In this document: positions 63,705 to 64,000 of the stretch, piece after piece
How positions within the stretch are numbered: the stretch's first letter is position 1
Layout: every line of letters begins with the position of its first letter
Source: a virus
Lineage: Duplodnaviria > Heunggongvirae > Uroviricota > Caudoviricetes
Virus record (IMG/VR): IMGVR_UViG_2718218201_000002
Location: 1-64,000 of that record
DNA: 64,000 nt
Strand: one strand, 5' to 3'
The notes under the pieces: generated by a model
Databases searched by the model: none
What the model was told of the DNA's origin: nothing
What the model saw: the letters and a program-made list of their open reading frames with translations, nothing else
Program-made: the position numbers and the translations under genes

Positions 63705-63971
63705 TTAAATTTCTAATTTCTCGTACAAGTCTGATTTATCGGTATATGTTACTATTGTACCGTCTCCATATTCCACCTTAAAATTTTCGTGTTCTCGGTA
63801 GACGGTCAAATTAAGTTGAGGTACGTTAATATGGTTTTGATATAACACTTTATTAATTAACGTGTAACCATATTCAATTTTGTGCTCTGTGTTCTTTACC
63901 AACTTTTCGATTAGTTGGTTAAGCTCATCACTCATGATGATTTCTGGAGCGTCCTCAGCTTTAACCTCCAA
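63705..63971 (-). CDS. hypothetical small acidic protein
   Basis: 88 aa. Confidence 0.35.
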   Translation of the reverse strand: MEVKAEDAPEIIMSDELNQLIEKLVKNTEHKIEYGYTLINKVLYQNHINVPQLNLTVYREHENFKVEYGDGTIVTYTDKSDLYEKLEI

Positions 63972-64000
63972 TGTATATTTTACATTATTGGTATTATTTT

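Overview
This is an AT-rich (about 30% GC) stretch of phage or prophage DNA from a low-GC Gram-positive host, most likely Staphylococcus. Nearly every gene is read from the minus strand. Gene content matches the early, nucleotide-metabolism and replication region of an SPbeta-like siphovirus. The recognisable genes are a class Ib ribonucleotide reductase operon (nrdI, nrdE, nrdF), a T4 gp1-like dNMP kinase, a CxxC redoxin, a nucleoside 2-deoxyribosyltransferase, an SNase-like nuclease, an ATP-dependent ligase, a DnaE-type Pol III alpha (1309 aa), a RecJ-like DHH exonuclease, a DnaG-like primase, a DnaB-like helicase, a Sak4-like ATPase, an SSB-like protein, a trifunctional Pnkp-like RNA-repair enzyme, a tyrosine integrase, ArdA, and many small early ORFs that fall into paralogous families. 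nrdE is split by two group I introns, and the second intron carries an HNH homing endonuclease. The two most unusual loci are (a) a C5 cytosine methyltransferase whose RBS and first 49 codons (of a 54-aa motif I fragment) sit in inverted orientation between 19-bp inverted repeats, which looks like a phase-variable switch, next to a deletion stub of an N6/N4 methyltransferase, and (b) an accessory island carrying a Doc/antitoxin pair and an intact TnpB RuvC nuclease followed on the same strand by a two-repeat, one-spacer CRISPR-like mini-array. A 13-nt motif, AGAAATAAATTAA on the coding strand, recurs at least 17 times in intergenic positions. ORF-track coordinates are used for CDS. Other coordinates are hand-counted and may be off by 1-2 nt.
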